NCBI RefSeq assembly: GCF_036321535.1
Contig: NC_087448.1
Location: forward strand, 24,800,001 to 24,864,000
Reading direction: 5' to 3'
Origin: Camelus dromedarius
Lineage: Eukaryota
DNA: 64,000 nucleotides
The position numbers were made by a program, and so were the translations under genes. Shown in pieces: positions 49,300 to 62,798 of the stretch (within the stretch, counting starts at the first letter, position 1; every line of letters begins with the position of its first letter). The notes under the pieces were generated by a model that did not search any database, was not told the origin of the DNA, and saw only the letters and a list, made by a program, of their open reading frames with translations.

Positions 49300-49600
49300 T
49301 ATTTGTTCTCTATGTTTTTAAATTTTCTCTTTATGTTTTTACATATATGCATGTATGTGCACCAGTGCATACATGTGTGTATATAATTCATAAACATATT
49401 CTGTATCTAGACATTCTGTTCTGAAGCATGTTCTTCCACACAGCAATCTATTGTGAACATCTTTCTGTATAGATCTACTTTATTCAATCACCAATGACTA
49501 AATAGTATTTCATATTACAGATGTGATAAAATTATATTACAACCAATTTTTCAATGGTTACTATATAGGTTTCTTCTAATTTTTTTCCATTGTAATTTAC
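49300..49600 (-). mobile_element. Old L1ME-like 3' end, antisense
   Basis: cacacagcaatctattgtgaacatcttt...actaaatagtatttcat...ttcaaccaatt. Confidence 0.45.
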
Positions 49601-49859
49601 TTTAACAAATTTGTATTACATTAATCACAATAGCATTTACATACATATAAAAGAGAAAATCAGAAAATTCAAATAGTATTTTTTCCAAAAGAAAAGAAGG
49701 GCTAGAATTTTGTTGAGAGGTAGGGAGTTTCAGTTAAGTTTTAGAGACATTAGCCATATATTTCTTTTCCAACCCCTGATACACACCTAAGCATATTTGC
49801 TCAAAATCTTCCCTGTTTACATGCATACATGGCTCCTGATCTCAAAGGACTTACAATCT

Positions 49860-49996
49860 TTGGTGGTGGCAATGGTTGTGATGGGGTTGTTGGTGATTTG
49901 GTTGTGATGTGATGGTGATGATAATGGTGGTGGTGGTTATGGTGGTGCTTATGGTGGTAGTGATGGAGATGTGGTGATGGTGATGATGGTGGTAGC
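49860..49996. repeat. Degenerate (TGG/TGA)n low-complexity repeat
   Basis: tggtggtggcaatggttgtgatgg...gatggtgatgatggtggtagcag. Confidence 0.9.
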
Positions 49997-50344
49997 AGTA
50001 TTAAAAGTAGAGAGAATTGTTGGCAGACAAACAAGCCAACTCAATATAGTGTAAAAAGTATCATGATAAGAAAGCACTTAGAAGGCCTAATCTACTGGAG
50101 CTTTGGGAAGTCTTTCTCATAAAAAATTTCATATTAGCAAAGACATGAATGATGTAGGCTAGCCAGGCCATCTGAGTCAGCCATCAATAACTGATAAACT
50201 AATTTCTGTTTCCAGTCCTCCTATTGATCAGTTCAGGCATACAAATTCATTCTTCAATCCCCTAACATTTGGCAGAGATAAGCACCCCCTCCCTGCCATC
50301 AGAAGAGAGATATGCTGATGACTACCATCTTTACATTTTGGTAA

Positions 50345-50500
50345 TTTATTCATTTACCAATATTTACTGAAAGTCTACCACATGCCCGTCACTGTCTAGG
50401 TGCAATGAGTGCAGTGACGGATACAAAAGTTCTTGTCTTTGTGGACTTATTTTCTAGTGGAGTGAGATAGACAACAGTCAAATAAAAAAGTGTATTATCT
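50345..50500 (-). mobile_element. L2 3' end
   Basis: ttattcatttaccaatatttactgaaagtctaccacatgcc...ttctagtggagtgagatagacaa. Confidence 0.65.
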
Positions 50501-53500
50501 CTCAGAATAAGAGGGGGCAAGTTATGGAACAGAATTTACTTTTGTATCATTCATAACTATTTTGATTACTGTACTTTCTGAAAGATGCCCTACTGAACAT
50601 AATTTCACAAAAAGAGGAGGTTTTTTTAGGAATTCCACTATTTTAACCCTAAGGAAAGGGAGAGGTATAGTCATCACAAAAGTCAGATGAAAGGATTGAA
50701 AGTCAATTGAGCTCTTCCCCACCCCTCTTGGGGGTAGCTGGTGAGATTATCCTAATTGTGCACTGACTCCTGCCATTTGACAGACACCACTAATGTCTCC
50801 TGTGGTGGTGGGGAGTGTTTCCTTAACCTACTTTCAAACAAAAACAAAACAAAAACACTATGCGAAGGACATGGATAGGCCAGTAGGACATCTTGGGTCT
50901 GGTACCTCCTCACCAATTGGCTATGGCCAGCAAGGCTGTCTATGGTACAAACGTGGTCTGGGGGTACAACCCCGCATAATCAAGACAGAGGAAGAAACCT
51001 CTATGGGTCAGGAAGCTTCTTTAAGAGTATCATTTGTAAGTAGGTTGATGATGAGTTGTGGTTGTTATTGTTTTTTAATATGAGGTCTTACATAAATTTT
51101 GAGAAATTCCTCAACAATATGAGGACAGGCAGATTGGAGGGCATGACTTTAAACATAAACTCTAATAAAACTGAGCCACTTCATCAATATCCTTACAATA
51201 CTTGAAGTTTCATTTTATTTAAGCCTCAATTATGCACCTAAATACTTTAGATGTATCGAAAAATAGAAACCTGGCTTTACATAATGGCTTTAGGAAAATA
51301 GGCTGGAATTATCTTAGTCCTCAACATCATCATGACGTTGGGCAGCAACTATTTAGATGCTTCTTTTCAAAAACAGCATCTGGAGATTGAATTTCTGTTT
51401 CCCCTTGGCTTGCAAAAATCTGTATTTTGCTGCTAAATATAGGCCCATGTATAATACACATTTAGAGTCTCAGTCTTTACCTTATAAGGTAAAAATAGGT
51501 GTGGAAATGTCGTAAAATAGATAGTGCTCCAAATTCCACTGGCACCAATAACAAGACCCAGCTGTGCATGTTAAACCCTTCAAAAGACTAAAACTTCAAG
51601 CACTGCATGCATTTAGCCAAGCCTCATTATTTCTGAGAACATCTCAGAATTGCTAAAAGTTCTATTTTGGCCCATAACAGATGTATCAATTAATGCTGGA
51701 TTTTTAAAAATAGCTTTCTGTATATGCTTTTGAAAGTTAGTAAGTTACAAATCATCAAAATTTCTGACATGATTCTGGTCTCAGATCTGTGCTGATGGAT
51801 AGTACATGTCCACCATCATGGAAATGTCTACCTGAAACCATTTCTCCATCACAACCCTATTGTCTTCCAGAGAACAAACATCCAAAGAATGAAGAAATCA
51901 TTTATGCTAATTTGTTGTGCCATGTTACAGATGTTTAATAATATTAAATATAAAATGTTAAAGTATCCTGATGTAAAAATTAGAACTGACACCACCATGA
52001 ACAAGTTATTTATATACTCCTCTCCAAAAGTAGTTTACTGGGAACACACTTCTTCACATTTTAAGAACCTACTGAAGTAAACAGGGCATCTGAAGCTATG
52101 TAACTCTAACTTTGTAGGTGATGCAAAATATGCTGTTGATATAACTAATTTTCTCTGTTTCCAGTTGTCTTGGCTGGTTTTCAAGTGGTTATCATTGAAT
52201 TGATCATAAAGACAACAGCCATGTCTTTGAAGACCAGTGAAACAATCACTGAGGTGGTCGGTCTTACTTATTTTTGGTCATTGTAACGCTGATCATCAGA
52301 AGAAGGCAAGCCAGTGACTGCATAAAGTCAACTATGAATCAATCCATATAGGCATTGATTCTATTAGAAGCAAGCCCTCACCAGAGAGACTCCATCATGT
52401 CGTCCAACAGCATCCCCACCTTAATACCTACCTTCAAGCAACCAGAAAATGCATTAATAATAAAAATTATCTCTGATATTTCTAGACAGTCACTTTATCC
52501 CAAGCACTATATGAAACGCTTCTTCAAGTTCCAGAATTTAAATTTTACAATGGAGTCACTATTCTCCCTTTTACTCAGGAGATATATGGAGGTAAAATGA
52601 TTTGCATGAGCCAAGTAAATGACCAGGATTCAGAGTTGCCAAGGTCCATGCTCTCTTCTCTTTTCCAGGCTACCTCCCTTATAAGAGGACATGAATCTCC
52701 CCCTTTTCTAGTCCAGAGGTTTAAAAGGAAGGTTCTTATCAAGAAGGTATTGGAAAATTTGCCTGCCATGTACAAATCCATCTTCAAGTCATTGAGAAAC
52801 ATCCAGCTTGCATAAGAACTAAGAGAGTTGGTATCTCATTGTTTAAGATACCTAGATAGGTCTCAGCCAAAAAATGATAGCAAATAAACCATAGAAGGAA
52901 CAGTCTTGTAATGTACTTAAAAAAAAAAAATAAAGGCCGCCTAAAGAGAACAGAATCTATGTTATATGACCAAGCCAAAGCCAACAGAACATCACTAAAT
53001 ATCAGAGTATTCACACATATGTATAGATGAAAGGTACATCTACCATGACTAGATCTTAGATATTTATCTTAGCCTTTTTCCCCTACATCATATTTGTGAC
53101 TATTCAGGAAGATGAAGTCCTGTATATTTTCACTGCCTCACTCATATGCTCTGAGGATTTCTAAATAATCAAAACAATTCATGGTATTAGGCCTGTTATA
53201 TTTGCTCATGCAAAACAAACAATCCCTTTGCATGATTATTTCCATTGCCAGTCACTTCCAGAAATCTGTTGTAACAAGCAGCATCCTGACAAGTACAGGA
53301 AATGAATCACTCACCTTTTGACCTTCATCAATGTCTGCACCTAAAATTTAAACCTGTTACATGTTTGAAGACAACTGAAAAAGCTTCAGTCATTATTGCT
53401 TTGGTTCTTCAGCTAATGGCCTGGGCTCTGAGTAAATATGATACTTAAAGAAATCAATTTAATAGTTGAAGGTTGGAAGATGATTGTTGTTAAATTAAGC

Positions 53501-55639
53501 ATTAGAAATATTTTAAGAAATATTTAAGAAGTTTTTCTGAAGTAATTTGGTGAAAATGCTACCAAGACAATGACATTTTGCCTTTGCTTCTGATCCCTTG
53601 AGAAAATTCAGCTTTTCCCTAGCATAAAGGTAAGGGTCGTTTTGTTCTCAGACTTGATCTTCCCTTGACTTTCGAGAAGCTAAATTATGTCTGGAATTCC
53701 AAGGGAAAAGGGTCCTTTTTGTTTTTCAAGCAATTCCATTTGCCTTTATATATTTCAGATTGGATAACTTAAATATGTATTTTGGGAGCTAATTTTAAGC
53801 TAAACACTTCGTTGATGCCTCCAGTGGTAAACATTTTCAGGAAAAGACATTCCTCTTGGAAACAAAGCTCCTTAAAATATCACATACCCTAGCTAATTTT
53901 ACACCAAAAAAAACTGTCATAAAAAAAATTTATAAAATATTTGGTAACAATACCGACACCACCCTGTGGTAAACAAAAGGGATGAAATATTTCCTTAGAA
54001 TATTTCTTTGTGGTAAAGGAGGACCACAAAAGATCAGGTCACTTGGTTCTTGACATTAGATAGTGGTTAACATTACAGCTTTGAAAATATGATGATATAT
54101 TATAGTCATATAAAATATTAAACCCACACATATATGTATCTGTAATAAAAATGGTATCCCTAAATTTTCATAAGGTAAAAGATTAATTGCTTGCCTTCTT
54201 GCTTGCATATAAAAGATTAAATATAACTGTGTAATAATAACCTTTTTCTACAAATAATTGACTACCTTACAAGATATGGATTATTCTTTGTGAATATCTA
54301 GGTGGTTGGATGATGGATGGATGGATGAATAAATGTAGAAGAAAAGAAACCGCAACAATCTAAAGATGTTATAGCTCTAACTCAGGATAAATTTTATCCA
54401 AAGAATCCCAGGGATAATGGTCATTCACCTACTTTTTAAACTACCTTGGAATTGGAAAAACATCATGAAAACATTTCTATGAAGTTCCTGATTGTCAAAT
54501 CACCTAAATTCCAGGGTTAGTCTCTTACCAAATTGTTGAAAAGGGTAAATTTGTCTTAAATTTGTCTTGAGCACTCCCACCCTTGTTAGCTCTTGACCTA
54601 GTTTCTAGACACAGACTTCCCCAGTCCTCACACACCCCAGATGGGTATGTTCATACCCTTCTTGTGCAATTCCAGGCCTGCTCAGTTCCTACACCAATCC
54701 AGAGCAAGTTCTGTGTCCAACAATATAGTTCAAGAGTCGAACCCTCAACCCGCCTCAACTTGAAAATCTCTGAACTTACTCAAATTCCCAGACCAAGGAC
54801 CTGAGGGCTCAATGCTCCCACAATGATGCTTGAGTCTCTGGCTTCTACCAGCAGAAATAGAGAACTAGGCAATTAAGAATAACCTTCCTTTTGAAGATGA
54901 GAAATGGACAGATATCTTATATACACATATGTGTGTCTGTATGTGTGTATATTTTAACTAGCTTGAAGCCATCAAAAATTTAACAAAGTAATTAATTACT
55001 GGGCCAAGTTCCCAGAGAAATGGGAAAACCAGAGATGTGAGCCTGTCATTTTGAGGCTGTTTTTGCTTCCCCCAGGCATTTACCAATTCAGTTGCAGGAA
55101 GAGACAGCTTCTTTCCAGCCTTGCAGAGCCACAAGGACAAAAGTTGGAGTCCAGGTCATACCGTGAGTGGGAGCCCTGGTAAATAACCCCCATTTGGGGT
55201 TGCAACTCAGAGGTATTGCCTCTTAAGAGTAAGGGTGGGAGGTAAATAAGCTTTCACATGGACTGAAACTCAGCTTCACGTTATATGTCAGCAGCATGCG
55301 TGCAGGACACCAGGGGCTCCCATCCACGGGAAAGTTTTGCTGAAATGCCAGCAAATGTTTCCAGTTCACCAGTCTTGGCCCAAGGCTTTCTGCTCACCCG
55401 TCCCATCCAATGTGTCCCTGCTTGCTGTTCTCAGCCTACCATCTTCCCTGCAGGATTCTTCCTGCTAACTAAACTCAGCCAGCAACTGTGGATCAACTCC
55501 CAGTCCAGAGCAACCCAGTGAACTTCTTCACCACCCAGTGGGCCACAACCACACCCTCAGCCATGGGGAGGGGTCCTCCTTTATAAATGTTTCCCGTTCT
55601 CTGGTGCTGTGTCTTAGCCCTAAGGTATTCTTTGAGCTC

Positions 55640-56085
55640 TCTCAGAAGGTGTAGTAGGCAGCTATAAATTACCACCACCTCCTGGTAGTCATTCCCTTGT
55701 ATAATCCCCTAGCCTGAAGTGCGGGTAGGACCCAGTGACTTGTTTTAATGAATAGAACATAGAAAAAGTGATGAGATGTCACTTCCAATATTAGGTAACA
55801 AAAATACAGCAACTTCCATATTGAGCACTTTATCTCACTCTCCCGCTTGTTCAGAGAGAGGCCAGGTGCCAGGTTGGGAGCTGTGCTATGGAGGAACCCA
55901 CGTGGCAAGAAACTGGTGTCTCTGACTGGGGAGGATCTGTGGCCTGCCAGCTCTTGAAAGTGGGTTTGGAGGTGACTCTTCTTAGGCCCGCCACTTGGGT
56001 GAGTGGAAAGTACATTCTCCTCCAGTCAAGTCTTGAGATGACTTCAGTCCCAGGTGACACCTCCCCGTGGCCATGGCTTTGTGGG
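55640..56085 (+). mobile_element. MLT1E/F/G-type MaLR LTR (5' two-thirds)
   Basis: aagtgcgggtaggacccagtgacttgttttaatgaatagaacatag...gtgatgagatgtcacttcc...atggaggaacccacgtggcaagaaactg...cagtcaagtcttgagatgac. Confidence 0.78.
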
Positions 56086-56789
56086 AGACCCTCAGCCAAT
56101 ATCAACCATCACCAGATTGCCTTCTACTGTATCCTTCCTGCTTGGTATTTGGTGCCCGGTATCTGGAATGTTCCCCAAACACCATCCTCACATCCCCAGA
56201 CCGTTGTCCATCTCCACAGTGGAATCAATTTCTTTCTGGCCTGTCCTCTACTAGTGATTCTCTTTGCCTTCCCAATAGGAAAAGCCTGCTCTCAAGAAAG
56301 GACCACGAGCACATTAGTTCCTGAATGTGAAATTTTAAACATCATAAAGCCAGAGGGAAAGGTATGCATTTGGGCAGTAGTGAGGTGTAGAAGTAGGGAG
56401 GCCTCACAGAAGTCCTGACAACATAAGTAACACACTAGAAAGTCAATCAGGCACCACACTGCCCAGACGTTAACCCCATGCCACTGCAACAACCCAAAGA
56501 TGTTCTTTTCTCATGTAAGCTCAGCAGGAAAGATTATCAAGGCTGGATGTTGCAATTTACATTAGAAATTAAGTTATTTATTGGTTCATTTGTTTGGCAG
56601 CAATCCTCTCCATTGGATCAGAGTAAGAAGTGAGGCGGGGCAGAAGAAAACAGCTCCTTCAGTCCTGGTACAAGGAAGGGCAGATGAACCACGACACTTT
56701 ATTATTTAACTATTCGTATCTTGCACTTCAGTGACACTATAAACTATTTCCCAAGAGCCGTTTTACTTTAAAATATAAACAGCGTAATT

Positions 56790-56930
56790 GTAAAAGGTGC
56801 AAGGGCTATGGAAAACAGTATGGTAGTTCCTTCAAAATTAAAAACAACCCTACCATATGATCCAGGAGTCCCTTTTCCAGGTATATATCCAGAATTAAAA
56901 GCAGGGTCTCAAAGAGATATTTGCACACCT
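56790..56930 (+). mobile_element. L1MA/MB ORF2 3' segment (left piece)
   Basis: ctatggaaaacagtatggtagttccttcaaaatta...accatatgatccagg...gcagggtctcaaagagatatttgcacacc. Confidence 0.88.
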
Positions 56931-57266
56931 GGGTTTTGGCTGCTGTGATAAAAAATACCATGGACTGCATGCTTAAACAACAAACATTTCTTTCTCATGG
57001 TTCTGGACGCTGGGAAGTCCAGGACCAAAGCTGGGAGAGTCAGCGTCTAGGGAGAACCCACTTCCTGGTTCACAGATCACCGTCCGCTACCTGTGCCCTT
57101 GCGTGGCAGAAGGGGTGAGGCTGCTCTCTGAGAGCTGTTTATAAGGGCACTAACTCCATTCATGAGGGCGCCACCTCCCAAAAGCCCCATCTCAAAATAC
57201 CAACACACTAAGCATTAGGTTTTAACATACGAATTTTGGAGCCACACATACATTCAGTCTACAGCG
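56931..57266 (-). mobile_element. MLT1A0-type MaLR LTR inserted antisense into the L1
   Basis: ggctgctgtgataaaaaatacca...cttaaacaacaaacatttctttctcatggttctgga...tttataagggcactaactccattcatgagg...cattcagtctacag; the L1 consensus (...gcacacc|catgttca...) rejoins across it. Confidence 0.88.
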
Positions 57267-57704
57267 CATGTTCATTGCAATGCTATTCACAATAGCCAAG
57301 AGGTGGAAGCAACCCATTGTCCAAGGACAGAAGAATGGATACACAAAGTGTGGTATGTACATACAGTGGATATTATGGGATATTATTCAGCTTTAAAAGA
57401 AGNNNNNNNNNNNNNNNNNNNNNNNNNNNNNNNNNNNNNNNNNNNNNNNNNNNNNNNNNNNNNNNNNNNNNNNNNNNNNNNNNNNNNNNNNNNNNNNNNN
57501 NNNNNNNNNNNNNNNNNNNNNNNNNNNNNNNNNNNNNNNNNNNNNNNNNNNGCTACCAGGGCCTGGGAGGAGAAAGAAAAGGTACAGAGTTTCAGTTTTG
57601 CAAAATGAAAACTGGAGATGTAGGACAACAGGGATATGCTTAACACTAATGAACTGTTACAGTTATAAATGATTAAGGTGGTAAATTTTATGTTATGTGT
57701 TTTT
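57267..57704 (+). mobile_element. L1MA/MB 3' end (right piece), with N-run 57403-57551
   Basis: catgttcattgcaatgctattcacaatagccaagaggtggaagcaaccc...ggtacagagtttcagttttgcaaaatgaaaa...ttaaggtggtaaattttatgttatgtgttttt; the tail resumes at 57847-57880. Confidence 0.88.
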
Positions 57705-57843
57705 GTTTGTTTGCTTTTTTGTTTTGAAGGGGGAGATCGTTAGGTTTAATTATTTATTTATTTTTGGAGGAGGTACTGGGGATTGAACCCAGGACCTTGT
57801 GCATGCTAAGCATGCACTCTACCACTTGAGCTATACCCTCCCC
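57705..57843 (-). mobile_element. Camelid tRNA-derived SINE (Vic-1-like)
   Basis: Minus strand ggggagggtatagctcaagtggtagagtgcatgcttagcatgcacaaggtcctgggttcaatccccagtacctcctcc...taaataaa...A-rich tail; A and B boxes visible; 14-bp TSD tgttatgtgttttt (57691-57704) / tgtcatgtgttttt (57847-57860). Confidence 0.92.
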
Positions 57844-60800
57844 ATCTGTCATGTGTTTTTTAATCACAATAAAAAAAAATGATGTAGATTTTCAAAGGCT
57901 GAACCACTCTCTAGATCCTCTGTTGCTATATCCTGCCTGTCTTCCTGCCTGCTACTTGGTACCCACTGTCTCTGCTGTGGCCCCTCAGATGCCAGCCTTG
58001 CATCTCAACCAGCAGCCCTGAAAGGAAGTATGTCTCCTGTGCATCTCCTATGAGAGCACGTGAGCAACTTCATTTAAGTAATCCATAGCTGATAAAATCA
58101 TTTCAGAATTCCTTTTTCCACAGGTAGCAATAACTGTTCTTCCTAGCAGGCCTGAAAGAGAAAAGGCAATTCCCTGCACATCCATGTCTAAGGACTAAAA
58201 ATGGCCTTGGGAAATTGAGTACATCTTTGAAAGCACTGATAATCCCTCACCTTAACAAAGATGCTATAATTCTGAGATATTTATTTTGGTTTGGGCTCAA
58301 GATCAAATTATTCACCTAATGTACTTTCAGGAACTCCACTGTTTCCCTTTACATTTCAGTCACGCTGTTCTATTTTCCTACAACTAGATCTCAACCAATA
58401 GGAAATTTTTTAAAGGTGTCAGTGGGTTTTGACTGAAAAGATTTTCATTAAAATCCAGACCTTAATTATTAGCAGAAATGAAATAAAAATATCTCATTGA
58501 CTAAACACAATTAAAAAAAAAAAAAACCCTGCTGTGGAAATTCTTTTTCTCGTCTCCTAGCATGCTATATTTTGCACTGCAAAGAACTTTTCCTTTCTTT
58601 GAGAAAATAGCAGTTCTCCTTTATTCGACACTGAATTGTTAAATCCTCAAGTCTCTGTCTCTCCTCTCTTCCTAACTTCCTTTGACTATTTCACATCCTT
58701 TTGGACACACTATGAGAATATTAAAAGAACAGAAATAAGGAAAGGTGAAATTCAAAACAGAGGAAATGATCCAAAAACGTATCATAAATTATATCCCAAT
58801 GAAGTAACAGCCCTCCAAAGAAGTGCCTTACAGATGATGGAATTATTCTAAAATCAAGGAATGGTAGTGTTTTGTCCATGATTGAATGGCCTAAGAATTG
58901 TAATGGTAAATGTCAAGTGTGTACTGGCAAACCCAGAAAGCCCAGGTTGGACGGCCTGACTAGAAGGAATTTCTAAAACATTTTTAAGTTGTGCCAAGTA
59001 GCTCTTGTGAACAGTTTTAAGAAGTTTGTAGACCAGGTTATACTCATTTTTTTTCTTTTACTGACTCTGGTGTCAAAAAAAAATACATCAAAGAAATATA
59101 AAAATGACTTAAGCCATAAGCAGGAAAGCAAATCCTTTAATTAAATCCTTTAATTAGACGATAGCCTGAAGTAGCTGAACTGTGCTTTTCCTGAACAGAA
59201 AAAAAAAAAGGAAGTATGGCCTTCTTACTTCTCATATTTTCTATAAGCAGAAAAGAATGGTGTCTTATTTCTATTGTCTATAAGTTTATCAAATTTTCAT
59301 TACTGTAGGCATACTATCAAGTAATCATCAATAAATTTTAAAATCTTAGATCTTCTCAATTATAAGCACACCTTTAACTTATGAATCACGTTTCAGTTAC
59401 AGAAACTGATAGCATGTATAAAATCAGTAAATAGAGCAGAAATAATGCTTAAATAAGAATTTTAATAGGAATAGTGTTCAAATCCAAAATATTCAAGGTT
59501 TTGCTACTTTAGAAGAATAAATGCATTTTCAAAAATCCCTGTTAAGCATGGGTCACAGGGAGGCATGCATTTGCCAAACTCTGCAAAATGTGATAACTAT
59601 GCACTTACACTGTATCCATTTAGCTATATAGAAATTATACCTTAATTGTAAAAGAAATTTAAAAAAAAAGCATTCTCGACCATAAGTCCCAAATAGGTAC
59701 CATCATTTAATATAAAAGTCCAAAAATAGAAAGGTTCAGGCTGTTTACTATTGATTTGTGCCATCACCTTAAAACTTCTGTCTGCTCTTACTTCAACCAC
59801 TATGTGATCACTGGATCTGTTCCTAGGGGAAATGTGCTGTGAGGCAATTGAACTAACTCTCTCTGTATTTTTCACACACCTTGTTCCCCAGCATTCATGA
59901 TTTAGAGAATGCAAGGTAGATTCTGAAGGGTACATTCATATCAAGGGGATCACATGAAAGTATTAGCTTTTCTTGTGACTAAAAGGGCTTTTCTTTGTTC
60001 TCTTACCAGGGGAAAAGGTTTGCTTTGGGCAAGCACCCCATGGCAAACATCTTTGAGAAATGAATTCTGAAGTGCATTCAATCATGTCTTCGGACCATCT
60101 AGTTCAAGCATTTAAAAAGGATAGTGGGACATTGTTCCTCACCACTCTCTCTGTCTTTGATGGGTGATCTTAGTCAATCTAAGATTTTGATACACTTCTG
60201 AGGATACTTCAAAAAGTGTCTTCATAAAAGCAACTTTATAAAAGATTCCACATTTACTAAATCCAAAAAAAAAAAAATCCTTCATGAATGCTAACTGTAA
60301 AATTAGTTCAAATTCAAAAGTTTTCAGGAAAGGATTATTAAAACTTGATCCAACTTTTTGCTCCTATTTACAAATGAAGTTTATACAGCACTTTAACTAC
60401 TGGTGAATTTATGAAGTTTCTCAATAAAGGCTTTTAAGCCATCAGGTGAAAAAAAAAAAATCCCTTGTATCTATAGTAATATTGCCCCAGGCAAGAGTAG
60501 AGAAAGTAAAAAGAAGGAAAATAAGGTCTGACATAAGATCTCTTCTCACTTTTCTGCTTTTCAGGACACGCTTACAGAATCAGGTAGTCTGTCAAACTGA
60601 TGCACTAGAGTGAAATGGCTTTAAAGATCTAATCCTTTCCCTCCGTTTTACAAAAGAGGAAACTGAGACTCAATTTCTTGTGACTTGATTAAGGTCACTC
60701 ATGGGTATCAAATAAGGACTCTTTTACATGGTTTCCTTTATATTTTCCCTCAATGTGAGGTTAAACTTCAATTAAATATTCTGATGTCTAAAACACTGCT

Positions 60801-60859
60801 TTCTTATAATAATAAAAAAAAAATCTGTTTAGATTCTCTGTAATTAATCAAAAGCGCAG

Positions 60860-61055
60860 TCTGTGTAACCAGACAGGCCTGGATTCAAATCCTAGCTCCA
60901 AATCATAGGTCCACATGTGACCTTGACTGCACTTCTAAAGCTCCACTTCACTACCTATAAAATCATGAAGAATAATTCCTCACCCCAAAACTGTGGTGAG
61001 GGTGGAAAAAAGACTCCATGGATGAGGTGACAAGGAGATGCTGTAATAGGTAGTC
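60860..61055 (+). mobile_element. MIR SINE
   Basis: ccagacaggcctggattcaaatcctagctcc...tgtgaccttg...ctacctataaaat...ctgtggtgaggg. Confidence 0.72.
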
Positions 61056-62798
61056 AATACTGTATTTTAAATTCTAGATGAGGAATGTGGATGTATACCT
61101 CAAAATTATTTGGCTTTGACTGGGAGACCTATGACTAGACTTACTAAAACAGAATTCAATTAAATAACCTAAAATGTAATTATCAAATCTATAAAAAATT
61201 ATTTCTTGAGCTCAACTTGTAGGTATATTGTGATGGTCCAGAAAGAAGCTACCACTCTGTCCTGTCCTGAAAAATTAATACCCACAAAGTCAATATTGAG
61301 CTATAAATCATGATCAAGTGCTCGGTTGTGTTTAGCTGTCTTAAAGTGCTAGGGAAAAAGGGGAAGAGACAGATTTCACTGAGGCTTAGAATAGACATCC
61401 AGGGCTGGGTGGCAGAAATATGAATGAAGGTGGGATCGAAGATGGGACAATCACTAAGAGGGAAGAGAAAGTGGCCATCTCTACGGCTCTGTGTATGAAG
61501 GGAAGAAGAACAGGTTCAAAACTAAGCAAAATATCCCTACCCCAAATGCATCCATATAATTCCTCATTCACATCACACCCTATATTGCTACTTGGCTATT
61601 TGATGCAACTGAATGTTGACCTTGTTTTTATCAAGACAGGGAGGATGAGTACTCTGCTCAAAACAGCCAGATCTGGAATTAGCACTCACAACCCTAGACC
61701 ATATTGCTTATTCCCTTAGCATTATTCCTTAATCATGTTCTTTAGACCATATTTCACATTTTCAGTTCATCTTTTCAAATGCAAACTGATTTTCTACTTT
61801 GACTCCCAGAAAGCCCTGCACAGAAGCCCCAAAATCCAAGATTCTTGTCCCACCTATGTCACTAGCTAGCTGGGAAACCAAGAATGAGCCACGCAGTCTC
61901 TAGGTGAATTGCTATGATGTATGGCTCCTCTTGGATCCGAAATTTCACAGATCCAATGGGGATTTAGCTGATTGGAAGACAGCAGAGTAATATCCAGTGT
62001 ACATCGCACAGCCTGAATTTCTACCTTCTGTTTTATACAATCCTTGGGCAAGACTGTCAGTCACTATTATTTCTTTCTATCCCTTAAAAATTGAATTCAA
62101 GAATGGACAGGAAGAATTTATTATATGGCTCTGCCTGATAAATGAATATCCTAAATTCAAATGCAGCTGTGATTATTCCCACGCCCCCTATAGGTGTCAG
62201 ACCCCTCGACAGTTAATAAAAAGCCAGAGATAGCCTGACATTAACACTTCAAGACATAGCAGGAAAGGAGGAGAAAAACCGCTGGAGAACATGAGGAGGG
62301 AATTTTAGTTCTCTCCTAGGGCACTGACAGGGCTTGAGAAGGATGGATCCTGCTCTTCCATGTGGGTGGGGACCGACGCGGACTTGAAACTTAGGCTCGA
62401 AAACAAAGCAAAGAGTAGCGCCCCCCATTCTGGAAAAAAAAAACAAAAAAAAAAAAAACAAAACAAAAACTAAACAAGTCTTAGGTATCACGGCGGGATA
62501 CTTAACAGAAAGAAAAGTCCTAGCGGGCATTGAAAGTTCAGGTTAACACGTTCTAACCTATAGCCCCAGCGCATGGCTGAGTGCGTGAAAACTTGCTCTT
62601 GGTTTAGGCTCGTCATTTGAAGAACTTACAGCCGTGACAAACTCACAGCCTCTCAGGACGCGTCCCTGGCCGAGGACTGCCCTCTGCAGCGGCGGGCAGG
62701 TCCTGCTGATGCTGACCAGGCGTCGCCCGAGGCGAAAGGTTGCCGCGCGGTCGCAAGGGGCGGGAGGAGTCTGGCGGTGATTGATAGGGACGGGACGA

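Noticed and set aside
49801-50034. His/Pro-rich ORF on the minus strand
   Set aside because: Product of the (TGG/TGA)n low-complexity repeat
55888-56418. Longest ORF without Ns (176 aa, + strand)
   Set aside because: Starts inside an MLT1 LTR; no recognisable domain, splice context or promoter; chance ORF
57705-57843. tRNA-like sequence with A and B boxes
   Set aside because: Has a SINE tail and TSD; it is a SINE, not a tRNA gene
59130-59156. 13-bp tandem duplication aatcctttaatta x2 (similarly 11-bp taaatttgtct x2 at 54546-54567)
   Set aside because: Two-copy slippage duplications are common; no sign of function
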